A stretch of DNA of 55,904 nt, filler included, from Trypethelium eluteriae (Eukaryota): NCBI GenBank assembly GCA_051942245.1. It is 2 parts of 2 records of this genome, joined end to end, with 100 filler letters (N's around TTAATTAATTAA, not from the genome) between each part and the next. Parts side by side here need not be neighbours in the genome. Positions count along the whole stretch, not along the records: positions 1 to 27,911 come from JAVECL010000320.1; 1 more part is not named here. One strand, 5' to 3'. Made by a program: the position numbers and the translations under genes. Positions 1 through 12,560 of this stretch are shown here, piece after piece; position 1 is the stretch's first letter, and each line of letters opens with the position of its first letter. The notes beneath the pieces were generated by a model. That model was not told where the DNA came from. It saw only the letters and a list, made by a program, of their open reading frames with translations, and searched no databases.

Positions 1-2
1 CC

Positions 3-548
3 ATTCCCCCCAACGACCCATCCTCCCCCATCGTCCTCGACATCCACACCATCGACACCTTCCTCACAGGCATCGCGCCGCACCTCGCCAGCCTCTTGGA
101 TAACGTCCTCCACGCCGAGGACTCGCTTACCAGCTCTCTCACGCGAGAGCTCGAAAACGGCCGCCTCTTCCGCCTGCTCGCCAAACTCAACTTCATCCTC
201 GAGCGACCGGAGCAGTCGCCCTCGCACCCGAACCAGCTGCCAAGCCAGCAGACCGCCGCGCAGCAGCAGTGGAGTGAGACGGGCGAGCGCTACGTCATCA
301 AGCTGTTTCGCGACTACGTCTTCCACCATGTCGATGCGAACGGCGCGCCTGTCTTGGATCTCGCGCATGTGCTGCAGGCGCTGAATAAGCTGGATACAGG
401 GTGTGAGGAGAAGGTGACGCTGGTGAGTCGCGATGAGCAAAGTTTGTTTATTGTGAGCTTTCGAGAGGTGAAAAGGGCGGTCGAGGCGGCGTGGACGGAT
501 TTGATGAAGGCGGGGAGACAGGCGGCTGCGGCGGGGGGGAGAGGGTAG
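3..548 (+). CDS. PAN3: PAN2-PAN3 deadenylase subunit Pan3, C-terminal part (5'-partial)
   Basis: The frame is open from base 3 to TAG at 546-548. It contains RELENGRLFRLLAKLNFILERPE, WSETGERYVIKLFRDYVFH and LNKLDTG..EKVTLVSRDEQ, the recognisable Pan3 C-terminal domain. Confidence 0.95.
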   Translation: MPPNDPSSPIVLDIHTIDTFLTGIAPHLASLLDNVLHAEDSLTSSLTRELENGRLFRLLAKLNFILERPEQSPSHPNQLPSQQTAAQQQWSETGERYVIKLFRDYVFHHVDANGAPVLDLAHVLQALNKLDTGCEEKVTLVSRDEQSLFIVSFREVKRAVEAAWTDLMKAGRQAAAAGGRG

Positions 549-2771
549 ACGATTGAGTGGGACGGTACGGGCTGAAGGAGGGCTTCATGGTGATTCTTTT
601 CTTTTCTTCTTTCTCTCTTCGGAATATATGTGTGTCGTGTGGAGAAACCGTATCGGGTTGCTCTCGAGAAGATACAGTTGGTGAAAACCTCACGGCTACG
701 AGAGTCAACGGTGGAAGGAGCTTTTACAGATAAGGGTCGATGCAGCAATGCGAAATGGCTGATACTCTATTGTAGTTGGCAAATAATTTGAATTGCAATG
801 CCACCTGAACGCGTTATGAGGTCTTTTCTCGGTATGAAGGCGACACTATTAGATAGACACGATATCTTTTCACAGGTCGATTGGTAAGGGATGCAAGGCC
901 GGAGAATTCAAATATCAATTCTCCTAAATACGAGGAGCTCTGGTGAAATAGTCCTTCATGAGAAAACTTACTCCAGTGGTTCTTTTCCATATTGTCCTGC
1001 TCACATGCTACGTTGCGGTCCGGGTAAGCTTGATATCTGGTCTCGTCTCATTTTGGTCCAGTATGCCAGGAGGTGAAATAAGAAATGCCGGTGCTACAGA
1101 CATAGTCGAATTTTCTACCGCCTATATGTTTGAAAGGCCCTCGGTAAGATCTATGCACGAGGTGACAAGAAGCGCTCACTAGGAGACCGAACAAGAATCT
1201 ACAAAAATCCCATAGCGTTCCCGTTTGAATCCCTACAATCTAGAAAGACTCCTATCAGGTGTCAAGCCAGAGGCAGTCATCTTGGGTCTTAGGGTAGTCT
1301 GGAGACACTTGCCTATTGCATCCCTTGGTAGAACCCTCGGTCTGTAAAATCCTCAATCCGTGAATTGAAAAATGGGCAAGGTACAGGGTAGGCTGCAGCG
1401 TACACGCAAGCAGCGACATGAACCAGAATCTGGACGCTATTAGGCCTTGACATCACTGCTGCGAATATTTCAAGTCGAGTCTAAACCCTTGAATCAGCAT
1501 AGAAAGCCTATGGAGATTCCATGACATTCTCTCAGAGATTGAGAACGGCCTCTGCAGCCCTCCAGCCCTTTCACGGACTGTCATCTGTTGCGCCAAGCGT
1601 GGGTACTGCTTCGGACCAAGTACTGCAGTGGCGCTGCGTGGGGCAGTGGCAGCCTACATGCCTCATGCAATTCCCTCCATTTCCTTACTTTTTCTTCCCC
1701 TTTTGCCTCGCGCATGTCGGCATTTAGACACGGAGGAAGGTCTGCGATGACCACGGCGATTGCCGGAAAGCGGCGTCAGGAAATCTGTGATTGAGAAAGC
1801 CATTCTGATCCTCTCTGCTCTGAGAAGAGATGATGAGGTGCTTGTCTCCCGGCAAATTGCATGAAGGACATGCGCAGTCACGAAATGCACCATGCTGCCA
1901 CGATCTTGTCCTGGGAATATTGGAAATGGTCGGACCGCGGAAATTGTAGTGCTAACCCGACGAAGGTCGTATTTTCGCGCCTCTCTGCATGAACGTGCCT
2001 ACATAGAGTACGTGTTCGAATGCAATTATGATACGCCCTTGCAAGTTTGGGGCGTGCGCGGCTTGTCCACTCGCATATTGTTTCAGCATCACTTCAATGG
2101 CTAATAGCCTGTGTCGGCAGTAATGTGGAAGCCACTGGGGAAGTTTTGGTTAGTAATTAGAGATATCATGGTCGGTTTGGATTGCCAACGCGTCCGCTAG
2201 ACTGTTCTAAGGGAATTGTCACACTCACGCTTCCGACCGACAGCATCAGTCCACTTTACCCAAAATCGTTTCGAATGAGATTACGTGACCAAATAAATAA
2301 GAGATTGTGACCGGTGTTCTGGATCGATCATCGTACCATACAGAGCACACAGTGGGGGGCCTAAGATGTGTTTGGGGAGGCGTAGGTTTAGGAGTTGCTC
2401 GGTGTCCATTCCAAACCTAGTCAGAAAGTCCAGCAAAGATGAGGTGAGACCGCAGAGGGGGAATGGTGGGAAATTCCAGGAGGAGGTACAGAGAAAACTA
2501 AGGTCAAGCAACCTAGTCGAACAGCCTGGGTCGGAAGGGCTTCTAGAACCAGATGAAACGTTCGCATGACGCAAGTTTATGAAGAGACCTGGGACGAAAC
2601 GCGACCATGCGAAGTCGGCAGATCGTCGTTTGAAAGGCAAGTTCCGTAGTCATTACAGCCGATTGGGAGCCGAGGCCGCAAATTAGGAAGAGCCCGAACC
2701 TTTTTAGTCCCATGTGACGATGACCGTTGAAAGCCATCTAATAATACGGAGTACATTGGTGGTGTATCTAA

Positions 2772-2802
2772 CTACCTGAAGGTAGGTACGGAGTACTCCG
2801 TA
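2772..2802. repeat. Two adjacent short inverted repeats, including the perfect 16-bp palindrome TACGGAGTACTCCGTA
   Basis: CTACCT-ga-AGGTAG at 2772-2785 and TACGGAGTACTCCGTA at 2787-2802. Another TACGGAGTA lies at 2745-2753. Function unknown. Confidence 0.8.
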
Positions 2803-4555
2803 TATGAGCACGGCACCCACGGAATCTCCAGCCACCACTTTGGTGGCCGCCAGCAAATATCGGTAGATTGCTGCTACCTCTTAATGACGTCCTCATCTCG
2901 TGATTGCAATCTCTTCGTGACGGATGTTTCGAATCCAGATAATTTTAATGTAGTCGAAGAAAAGTCGACTTGGCAGATCTCCAGCAGACGTGCACTAATG
3001 ACGGATTATGTTCTGCCTAAAGTACTAGATGAAGATAGTTGCAGCATGGTACGGTTGTGCAGCATCACGATGACTGCTAATTTCGTTTCACCCAGGTGGC
3101 ACAGCAGCTGGCAGCTGGGGCTGATGTGGGCAAAAATGCTGGTCATGCAGAGAGTAGAAGTAGGTTCTGCGACCAAATGTCGAAAACAACAAAGTGAACG
3201 CGAAGTCGAGCATCGTAACCACCGTAACGGAAGACGGCACGGGCTACTGCGTAGCTTGACGACTTTAGACTTCGCTTGGCTTTCAGGATCGTCGTGGATC
3301 TTCGTGCAGCCTCACCTAGGCTCGCCTCACGCCGATCCTCGTGCGACCTAATGTAACCGTGGCTTAACTCCAGTCATGCTGTCGTTTTCTGGGTAGAGTG
3401 GCACAGTGGCTAATGCTCGAAAGGCCCCCAAAATAATGCCAATTCTTTGCTGTACGATGCAGACCCACGACACGAGTACCGTAGGCTACGGAGTGACCGG
3501 ACCGCCGCCGACATGCGAGGCCTCTATCAATGAATCAAGTCTCTCTCACTGATTGCGCCCGCAGCTCCGTAGACTGTGCAGGAACGGTAGCCATGTCTCG
3601 GCAGGATCTGTTTGATGAGGAAGCGCTTGAGGTGAGCGAATTAAACCCAAGAAGCTCCGTCCTTTGGTCGACCTCGGGAGACCGACCAGAGTCGTATAAT
3701 TAGAGTACCAAGAGACAACAACGCCATGATCCCAAGTCGCGCCACGGATGACGGCCACGCGTGAGTCAAAGCCCCCCAAGCCCCCCAAGGACTTCTGGGT
3801 ATTTTCGGGTCCGCAAATCCTTGGGCCGAAGCGGCGGATCGGCATGAAGGAGGAGGGCACGGAGGGATGACGGCAGCGGAAGTGCTTTCGCAGAGATTCG
3901 ACGATGGGATGAGAATTGCGGCGCGCCTCTCTGAGCGCCACTAACACGGCGCTTGTCACGCGATAAGAAGCAAAGCTCATCTTCCAGAAGACTGGCGGAA
4001 CAGCGCTCGTCCCTAGAGCGAGCGCATCCTCGACGCGTCGGCCTCAAGCAAGTTCCCCCAGCTGGCTCGGGGCCCTCCTCTGCGATGCGAGCAGACACGC
4101 AGAGCAGGTAAGATGAGCATTGGGCACCTAAGCATGATTTCGGCCAGGATAATGAAACGGGGCAGAAGCAGCTTCGACTAGGCCCCCTGGGTCGTTTTGC
4201 GGGAGCTAAATGCAGGGAGAGTTGTGGGCAGGACCTACCACGCCTACCTAGGCACTCTAGCCTTAGGTGCTTAGGTAGGTAGGGAGAGGGAGAGACCCGT
4301 GCCGGTATGCACTCTCCCACTTCTCCATCGCGGATCTGTGACCACGCCGCCTGAGCGCAAATCCAGCCGTTCTGACGTTTCATTTGCAACCTAATGCTCT
4401 CAAGCTGAAGCCCAATCTTGGAAGGGGCCCGGGTCTCGCAGCGTGATGGCTGGCCAATTCACGCCCACCGCGAGCCAAGCCTGGCCGTATCCCCCTCGTT
4501 CAAGATGATTGCGGGCACGCTCGAGCTCCACCTCCGGCTCCCTGATGAGCCGCGC

Positions 4556-4573
4556 GCTGCTGCTGCTGCTGCT
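4556..4573. repeat. (GCT)6 microsatellite
   Basis: Six perfect GCT units, with degenerate GCT units about 20-40 bp downstream. Confidence 0.85.
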
Positions 4574-6277
4574 GTACGGAGTAGCGGTTGCTGCTCTGCT
4601 GCTGCTCCTCGGGCTGTGACGGCAGCCGGCCTGAGAGCAGTGTGGGCTTGGTGGGCTGTCAGCAAGTCCATCAGCAGCACCGCGGCGCTTCTTTTCCCCC
4701 ACCTCTCTGTTACGTCCATCTGAGCTAAGGTCGAGATGGCCGTCGCCCCATCTGGTGCGCATATTCTTTCCTCATGCTCAACCCTAGCCGATTCCTGCCT
4801 GATCAGCACCGACCTGCCCCGGCCGGATTTTGTGACAAGTCATCTGGCGTGCCCTCTCGAGGCTGTCGGATGGCCCTGTGGAGGTGGCGTTGGGCTCTCT
4901 CTCTCAAGTTTCATGATTCATCCCATCGCCATTCTCTCCTTCCAGTACTTTCATTACTGCGTATCCAATCATTCGGCATCCAATCGCTTGTTCCCCTGGC
5001 GCCTCGAACATCCACGCGACGACTCTGCCCGGTTCCTACAGTAGTCTCAGCCCTAAACTATACCGATCCGAATAGGATGGCGAAAGCAGCTGGAAGCTAA
5101 AGCAGCTCTAAGCCTGATCGGATGACTATCTTTCCATACCCATCATCCGAGCTTTTCATCGATGTCGACATCCAATCAAACTCTGGTTGCCGAAGAGGTT
5201 AGCAGCGTTTTAAACTGTCATGTTGAAGACTCCATTTCGTCCTAGCCCAACCCGTCTCTATTCGAAACTGTTCCCGAACCCTTCCCTTTTCTGCTACTAC
5301 TGACCGATCAGCTCACCGGGAGACGACGTAACGCTCAGTCGGGAGGGGGGTTGTTGAACCTTCAGGCGCATAGCAACGACGTCAACAACGCGTCGAGCTC
5401 ACGTCGGCGGGCCTAAGCAAGGACCAGCAACACCACATCTTCCGAGAAATCTAAAATCAGCACGGCCAACGTGAGGCTGCGGCAAACGGTCGGCGACCTG
5501 CTTAGTATTGGCTTTTTCTGAAAATCCCGCCCTCGCTACGTTCCCTGCACCGCGTGTCTCTGATCTTCCTTGCAAGGGCTCTCTCCCTGGCCTTTGACCA
5601 CCCTAGCGAATATCATCGTGTATCACGCCCATTGTGTCAGGGATACACCCGGTCACTTTTCAAATATTTCCTGACGGAAGGCTGCAAATCGACAACCGTA
5701 CTGCCAAGCTCTCTCACGCTTTAGTTTCGACTTTTCTTCATGTTCAGATCTAACCACGACGCTACCGAATTTCGAACCAGTCTCAGGTTCTTCCACGAAC
5801 CTTCTACTGGTTGTTTCTATCCTCAGTTAGTCATCGAATAGTGACCCTTGCAAAGCTGCTTATTGCAAGGACTGGAGTTCGGTCCTTTTGACCGCAGCAT
5901 AACTGCTGTTGACATTGACCACCTACTGTTATGCGCTGACTCTCACGGCCCAATCCCATTTCTCGAAAGATTCGTAATATAAGAATGTGAGATATCTGGC
6001 CGACAAGGTCCCTGGTAGACCCATGACTGGTGCTTGCTAATAAGCCGGTGATATCTAGATCTGTTGGAATCGTCATCCAGGTCTCAGCTACCTAACGTTG
6101 TACCTCACTTTTGAATTTGCACCCCGCCAAACAGCCTCATTCACAATTATTCGAACGGAACCTTGAACAGTCGGCAAACTGGCCTACATCTATGCAACGC
6201 CGCCTCTATCGCCAGCGGCGCATCGAACGGTCTCCGATCCGCCCTTGGCGCTCTCAATTAAGGGCCGCAATATTGGA

Positions 6278-7638
6278 ATGGAAAGCAATGACCGTCATCA
6301 AAGACAGATAGAGTCGGTCAGTTACGGTAGCCAACGTGGAATTCCACCCAACACTGCGCAATATACAAATGTCAGCGCAGCCGACCGCTTCAGACCGTCA
6401 AGCTTGGTATCGCAGTCACCTGGAGCAGCCGGAGCAGGAGCTAGAGGGAGCGGTAGCGCACCGAGCTATGCGTATGGCTATGGGGACAACAATTCATTCG
6501 TTGGGTCATCATTGCAGCAGAGTGGGATGCAGTACCAGCCAAGTTACGGGGAAAGCTCCCAACGTCCTCAACAACAGCAGCCACAATACCAATATGGAAG
6601 TAATTTGATGTTCAACCAGCAGCAGCAGCAATCGCAACAGGCGCAGGCACCGCCACAGCAATCGTACGAAGCAGTGCAACAATACCAGCCACAAGAGAAC
6701 GTCGCGCTGGGGGTTTTGTCATCCCAACTTGAAGTGCCACGACAGTATTTTGTACCCGGGGAAGGGGGACCGACTAGCGCACCTGCTGCACCTGCCATGA
6801 CCCAGCAGCAAGCGATACCCTCGCAGTACTCCTCATTGTCGCATACATACCCACAGCCTACCGGTGGCGGACGAGCGTCTCTTACGTCGGCCTACGGACC
6901 TGGAATGAACGACCCTACGCACGCGAGCTCGCAGGGAGCTGCCTACGGCCACCAACAGCAGGAATTTTCCTCTGTGCAAGGCGGCGGCGGCGCGGCGGCA
7001 GCGGCGGAGAACTGGCAAGACAGCGCCTACGAAAACTATCAGCAAGCGTTACGGGAGACGTTTCAGTTCACGCACGACGGGCGGCTTGCCGAGGCGGCAG
7101 AAACATTGCTGCGGATTTCCAGTTGGCTATTACAAAATGCGGAGAGCTTAGGTGAGCCGACAGAGTTTCGTTTCAGGGCGCTTCGCGATCTACAGTGAGA
7201 CTAAGAAATTGACAATAGGTCTAGTTCGCGACGATGCCACTATGCATGCTGAGCGACTCAAGCTCTGGGACGAATTCAATAAGTGCTGGCTTGCAGTTCT
7301 TCAGCGGCAAAAGGAAATGATCCAAAATCTCTTGAGGACTGGACAATCACCTCGGCCACCGGAGAGCATGATTGACCACAACTACATGGAGCGTATGGGT
7401 CGGGATCTTGTGCGGCTTTGCGACAATCTAGAGAAGCACGGTCTGGTGGATTATGAAATGGGTGTTTGGGAAGAGGAAATCACGTCTTGTAAGGCGTCTT
7501 GTGGTGAAAATCTCAAAACAAATCGCTAATAGCTTACTAGTGCTCATTAACTGTCTGGATCTACTCGAAGGTGCCAATCTTCCCCAGGGCAGAGATACAA
7601 CAGCTGGAGCTTCCCAAGGGGCAACACAAAGACGATAA
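6278..7638 (+). CDS. Uncharacterised fungal protein: Q/S/G/Y-rich low-complexity N-terminus plus a helical C-terminal domain (~413 aa)
   Basis: Exons 6278-7151, 7219-7488 and 7541-7638. Introns GTGAGC..TAG and GTAAGG..GCTAAT..TAG join three ORF pieces in frame. The C-terminus reads ERLKLWDEFNKCWLAVLQRQ...LCDNLEKHGLVDYEMGVWEEEI. Upstream exons cannot be excluded. Confidence 0.8.
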
Positions 7639-10600
7639 TCACAGCCAACTTCCAGCCTTTCTAGTCTTTCCAACTCAGTTGCGCGAATTATAGGGCTTCC
7701 TCATCCCTTAGGTACTACCTCATCCACGTCGCTCAATTAAACATGTCCCTGGCTCAGGCTGTATCCTGTGTTCCTTCCTCCAAGAAAAAACAAAAACAAG
7801 GAACACGGCAGTGACACATGAACTGTACCAAGTTTGAGGATCTCGATTTAATTACGATCTGATACCTCCTTCTCCTCCACCCTTACAGAATGACTTTTAT
7901 GTCTTACGAGCTCATAGAATTGGGTGGGCTTCACGGCGGCGGTGTTTGTGTTTTGTGCGAATTAGGGTGGTCTTCCTCGTTTGCATATGACGGGCACGAC
8001 CCTTTTTTTTCCTAACTCAGGGTACACATACGAGGCGTACGGTGGTGTGCACGGGACTCACCGCCTTGACGACGCCTCACTCTTGCCTCTCTCGTCTGCT
8101 TTCCTGCATAGGGAACCATTGGGCTTTGGCTGCTGTTTTACCTAATCGCGTGGACATCTTTGGGCGCCTACTCATTGCTATTTGTGGTTTTATTGGGATT
8201 TTTTTTTATTTGTCTGTCTCCTGCCCAGAAACAACGCGGATACCCAAAAGAGCAGGGGGAGTGTTGGGAAAGGGAAACTCGGGCGGCTGTTTGTTCTGGA
8301 TCACGACATCATTGGTAAATGGACTCACGCTTTTCTTTTTGGATTGCATCATCATGTCTTGCTTTTCCCTTTTTTTTCCTGGGACCGATGAGCTGGCGAG
8401 CTGGCATGTGGAGAAAGGAAACGAAATCGACAAGGGGAGTTCTGCTTAGGGAGGGGAGGGTGGAGGCAGGGACCCAGGTGGCATTGGGCCGCAACTGCTA
8501 GAAGGAGCTACAGCGGTCGGCGACAGCTGTCATGAGCGGCTCTGTACCGCGGATCACGCTGGTCTTTGCGGAATCTAGGTGCGACGGCACTCTGCCCTGT
8601 ACATACGCCTCATATTTTCTTTCTTTATTTCGGTGCGATGGCTGCCGCTGCCGCAGCAAGGTGCAGCGTTACCTTACAACCATACACATAACTAAGGTAG
8701 CTAGCTAATTCTCCCACTCCGATGTCTCTCCGTAACTAGTCGCGTAGTAGCCAGTCTGACGCAAGGGATTCGCGCTAGATCATCATCAAATGACTTGCAT
8801 CAAGGAGACTGCCGGAGAGGCTGTAACCCAACATTATCGCGTTTTATAGGCAGGGTTGCTGACTCTCGACATGCTCCAATGCCACCTCCAAAACCCCCCA
8901 GCCACGATTGCTCGTCCGCCTTAACAACATGGTACCTGGCTGCCTGGGCGTCAAAACCTGGTTCTTTACAATCCCGGCCCCTGGCGACCCCCGGCGAATT
9001 TTTTCGGAGGTTAGCAGACACCCTATGGACGATGGGACAGCGCCTGATCTGTGTGCTATCCATGGGGTTACGTACCCGCTAGCTGTATGTACTCTGTAAC
9101 AGGCGGTCATTAGAGCACCCTTTCAGCCGACCGGGTTCATATAATTCCAAAATGGAATGAGGACTTTCCGAAAGGGCACGGATCCTAAATTTGGGCAGCC
9201 TTAATTTTTTTTTCTTTGCAAGCGTGAGGGGCCATAGATAGGCAAGCGTCGGCTGTCGTCAACTTAGGAGGACGAAGATCGCCTCTCCCTCTGCACCGCC
9301 ACGAGGGCCAGAGTCTCTTCGGACGGAACTCCGCCCGCGGAAAAAGGCGATATGTACCTAGTAGGTAGGTGGTGTGGTGATGATGACCCCACAATACCTC
9401 CCGTTCGGTTCCTTTTTTCTCAAGCCTGCGGCTGCGTGCATGACGGTGGAGGCGGCGAAAGGGACGAGGCGCTGTGGTGCTATGGTGATGCATCGTGGCA
9501 GCCAAGCTGTAAAAGTTCTAGACATGTGTTTTGCATCTGGAAGGCGCCTTGCTCCCTCCTCCCGGCTCCATGGCTTTGGGTAGATGCTAGCGGATGATCA
9601 TGGACGCTTGCGAACAAATCGGTGGCAGGCGGCCGGGGCTGGCCTAGCCAAGCGTACGTGGCGCCCTCCAAGGGATCATTAGGATTCAGTGAACAGCTGA
9701 AAAGCTCTATTATGGGTTGCTGTTTCCGGTAGGGCGGGCGAACAATGATATCAAGGCCACCACGGCGGCCGCGACTCTGTCACACGTGTGTGTGGTACGT
9801 GATGCGACAGACGTGGTGGTCTTGCGCCACCAGTTGAAGAGAACAGGGTGCAAATGTTGGTTTGTACCCTTTTCCTTGCAGATCACAAAACCACACTGGT
9901 GGAGAAATGCTGCATATCCGCGGCTAGAGCTACGAATTGTTGCTTTTAATGCCTGATTTTGGATTCAATATACATGGCGAATCCCGCCAACATTAGACCT
10001 CGAGATCTGCGTGCTGATGATCCTTTGAGCACGGCCTCAAGAGATCTGAGCAAGGAATCTGACTCCATGTAGGACTGGCGAGCTTCAATGGCGTTTGATG
10101 GATATCTAGATCTATATCTGCAGATCTCGATAGTCCCATTAGCGCGCATGGATACTTTGCAATGTCTCCAGTTTTTTGGGCAAAAATTGCCATGAGAACT
10201 GGATCTTCACCTTACTACAGAGTACATGCGCCAATACTTGCCAAAAGACGGCTATTACTGCAGCACTGAACGACTGATCGCCCTCGATTCGATAAGTTCC
10301 CGCAAGTTCTCGGCTATACTGATTTGTTTTCTACCATGCCTCCCGTCTACCCGAGGAACCCGCGGTTGAGATCATCCTAGATGATCAAAGACGCCAGAAC
10401 TGGATATATTTACCGATGGAGGCTCTTGATATAGCTTGAGAGGTATTCCATCAATCCCTGGGCCGCTCTTAGCGGGATTCTGGATGTACGATTCCTGTGG
10501 GGTCTAGTTTGAGTAGTTCAGCTCACGGAGGGTAGTACACGCCATGCTGGATGGCCCTCAGTAGAGACTATTGGGCCGGAAGTATCTCGAGAAGGACGCA

Positions 10601-11405
10601 GCCGCTTCCAGCTTTACCTGCGCCATTGGGTTTCATACCTCCCGGGATGATCAAAGAACCTCTCGCGAGACGAGCAGAACTGATGCAGGCAAAGTCGGGA
10701 TCCGATATCGGACCTCAAAGAGAAGTCGACAATCATCACAGAGTCTTAGAACGTCTCTCGACTCGACCTCAGCCCCAGATCTTCATATGCATGCTTTTGC
10801 TTATGTCGTACGACTTCAGCTGAACCCCGCGCGGCCTCCCCGCATCTGATGACGAGACGCACCTCCTCTGCGAAGGCAATTTGGATCTGAGCTGATGCAC
10901 AACACCTGAGCTAGTAGTCAGACAAATTTTTCGTGATGCATGTGTGGTGCAAAGATGAAACACACGTCCCGACTAGCATTACCTAGCGGACGCCATGCGG
11001 ATAACTGAACGCAATTAGCGATCAATTAATCCAAATGACGAACTATGTCAGCCTTCTACGTACGCATCGTAGTCAGACATGTTCGCATTTATCAGTAGAC
11101 CAAATGGGAAGTCGTCTCAGGCGATAACGAGAATCAGCATCAACGCCTTCAAGTTTGGCAATCTCGTTACAGAGCATGGACTTCTAGAAGTACGAGCAAC
11201 ATACTAATCATTTCACCTGTAGCGCAGTGCGTGAAGGTAAAAAGAGAAGAGCAATTAATCAATATCAGGGTATCACCGCCCGAAGATCAGACTCTCTACT
11301 ACGGCATGCCTTAGATATACGATGGCCTTATGTCGCCTTATCATTAGCCACATTGTAAAGATATCGAATGTCGAATCTCAGAAAAATAAGAAACAGAGAA
11401 GCCTT

Positions 11406-12231
11406 CTAGTCCTTACGAGTATAGTTGCCTGCATTCTTACTCCGGGCACTCCTCACGCTCGGAGGGACGAACTGAAGGACTCTCATAGAGTCTGTTACCT
11501 CGTCAATATCAGTAGACTCACGCAATCCGGTATTCGAGCTCCTATCAGCAGTCGCTACTTTTTGATGCAGCATGGGTCTGGCCTTAGGACCGGGTTTGAA
11601 GCTTGGCACATTCGGCGTAGTCTGTGACCGTAACATCGTGGTGCGATTGTCCATGCCATCGTTGACGATGAAGAAGTCATAATGCTACGATGAATCAGCG
11701 AATACAGGTCATCGCGAGACATACAAGAGGCATACTCGGGGAAAGTGATGCTTGTCGATGAGATGGAGTCGCCGCTTGTGCGGTGCTGAGCAAACACGGT
11801 CACAGTCTTCCACAAAACACCTGTACTTGAAGGGAGTCATTCCTCGTATCTTGGAATCGCAATAGCTCATTCTCGCATACCGTCTTCTCGCCCTTTTCCC
11901 TTCGTATCTCGTTCAATGGGTCGTGGTTCTCTGCGATGTGGAGGCCTAGGAAATGGTCTGAAGGAAGATTTCTACGACAATCAAGGCAACGATGTGTATG
12001 CTCCTTCTGGTAGTGGTTCTCGAACTCTCCAATTGAGGTGAAAGAGATAGGCTCATGGGGAGGAAGTTGACAGGATATTAAATTGGCGTCCTTTGAGTTG
12101 GAGGCCTCTTCCCCCAGCTGCACATACTTGGCCGGCGAGCTTGCTACTCCTTGAGAATCCGATTCTGAACTTTCCTCATCGGATGTGGCGGTTGAAGCTG
12201 TGGACCTCGATCTTGACCGCTTATTAGACAT
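11406..12231 (-). CDS. C2H2 zinc-finger protein (ZNF511-like, ~239 aa)
   Basis: Exons 12231-11881, 11825-11736 and 11684-11406, with GTATGC donors. Motifs: CQLPPH..FENHYQKEH, CLDC..HFLGLHIAENHDP, YRCFVEDCDRVCSAPHKRRLHLIDKH, and a C-terminal LQFVPPSVR. Confidence 0.85.
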
Positions 12232-12560
12232 GTTACTGCTGCCGGTGATGTCCGTGTGTGAGGAAGATCGATGGAAGAAAACGGAGTTCCCGATTCCCCG
12301 CTTTACTCCTTCGGGAAGAACGACAACAAATCTAGGCGAGTAACTTGCAGCATAGTGCATCGACAGATTGATGAAAACCTGTGACTGACGATCCACAGAC
12401 GGGATTCCTAAGGTTTCGGGACACTTGCAGGATTGAATTATCTGCTGGTTTTGTCCTGGACCCTGTTCATGCTTACCCTGCTTTACTAAGAGCTCTTGAT
12501 ATCCTTGCCGAAACAACAGCTAATGGCTGGAAGATAACGACTTGACGCTTAGGAGTCAGG

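Noticed and set aside
891..6100. Many short ORFs (60-207 aa), e.g. 3766-4389 and 4418-4723
   Set aside because: No recognisable motifs, overlapping on both strands, and no coherent splice model. Consistent with chance ORFs in GC-rich non-coding DNA.
8042..10963. Short ORFs downstream of the Q-rich gene
   Set aside because: No domain signal. Their hydrophobicity comes from T-rich UTR-like sequence.
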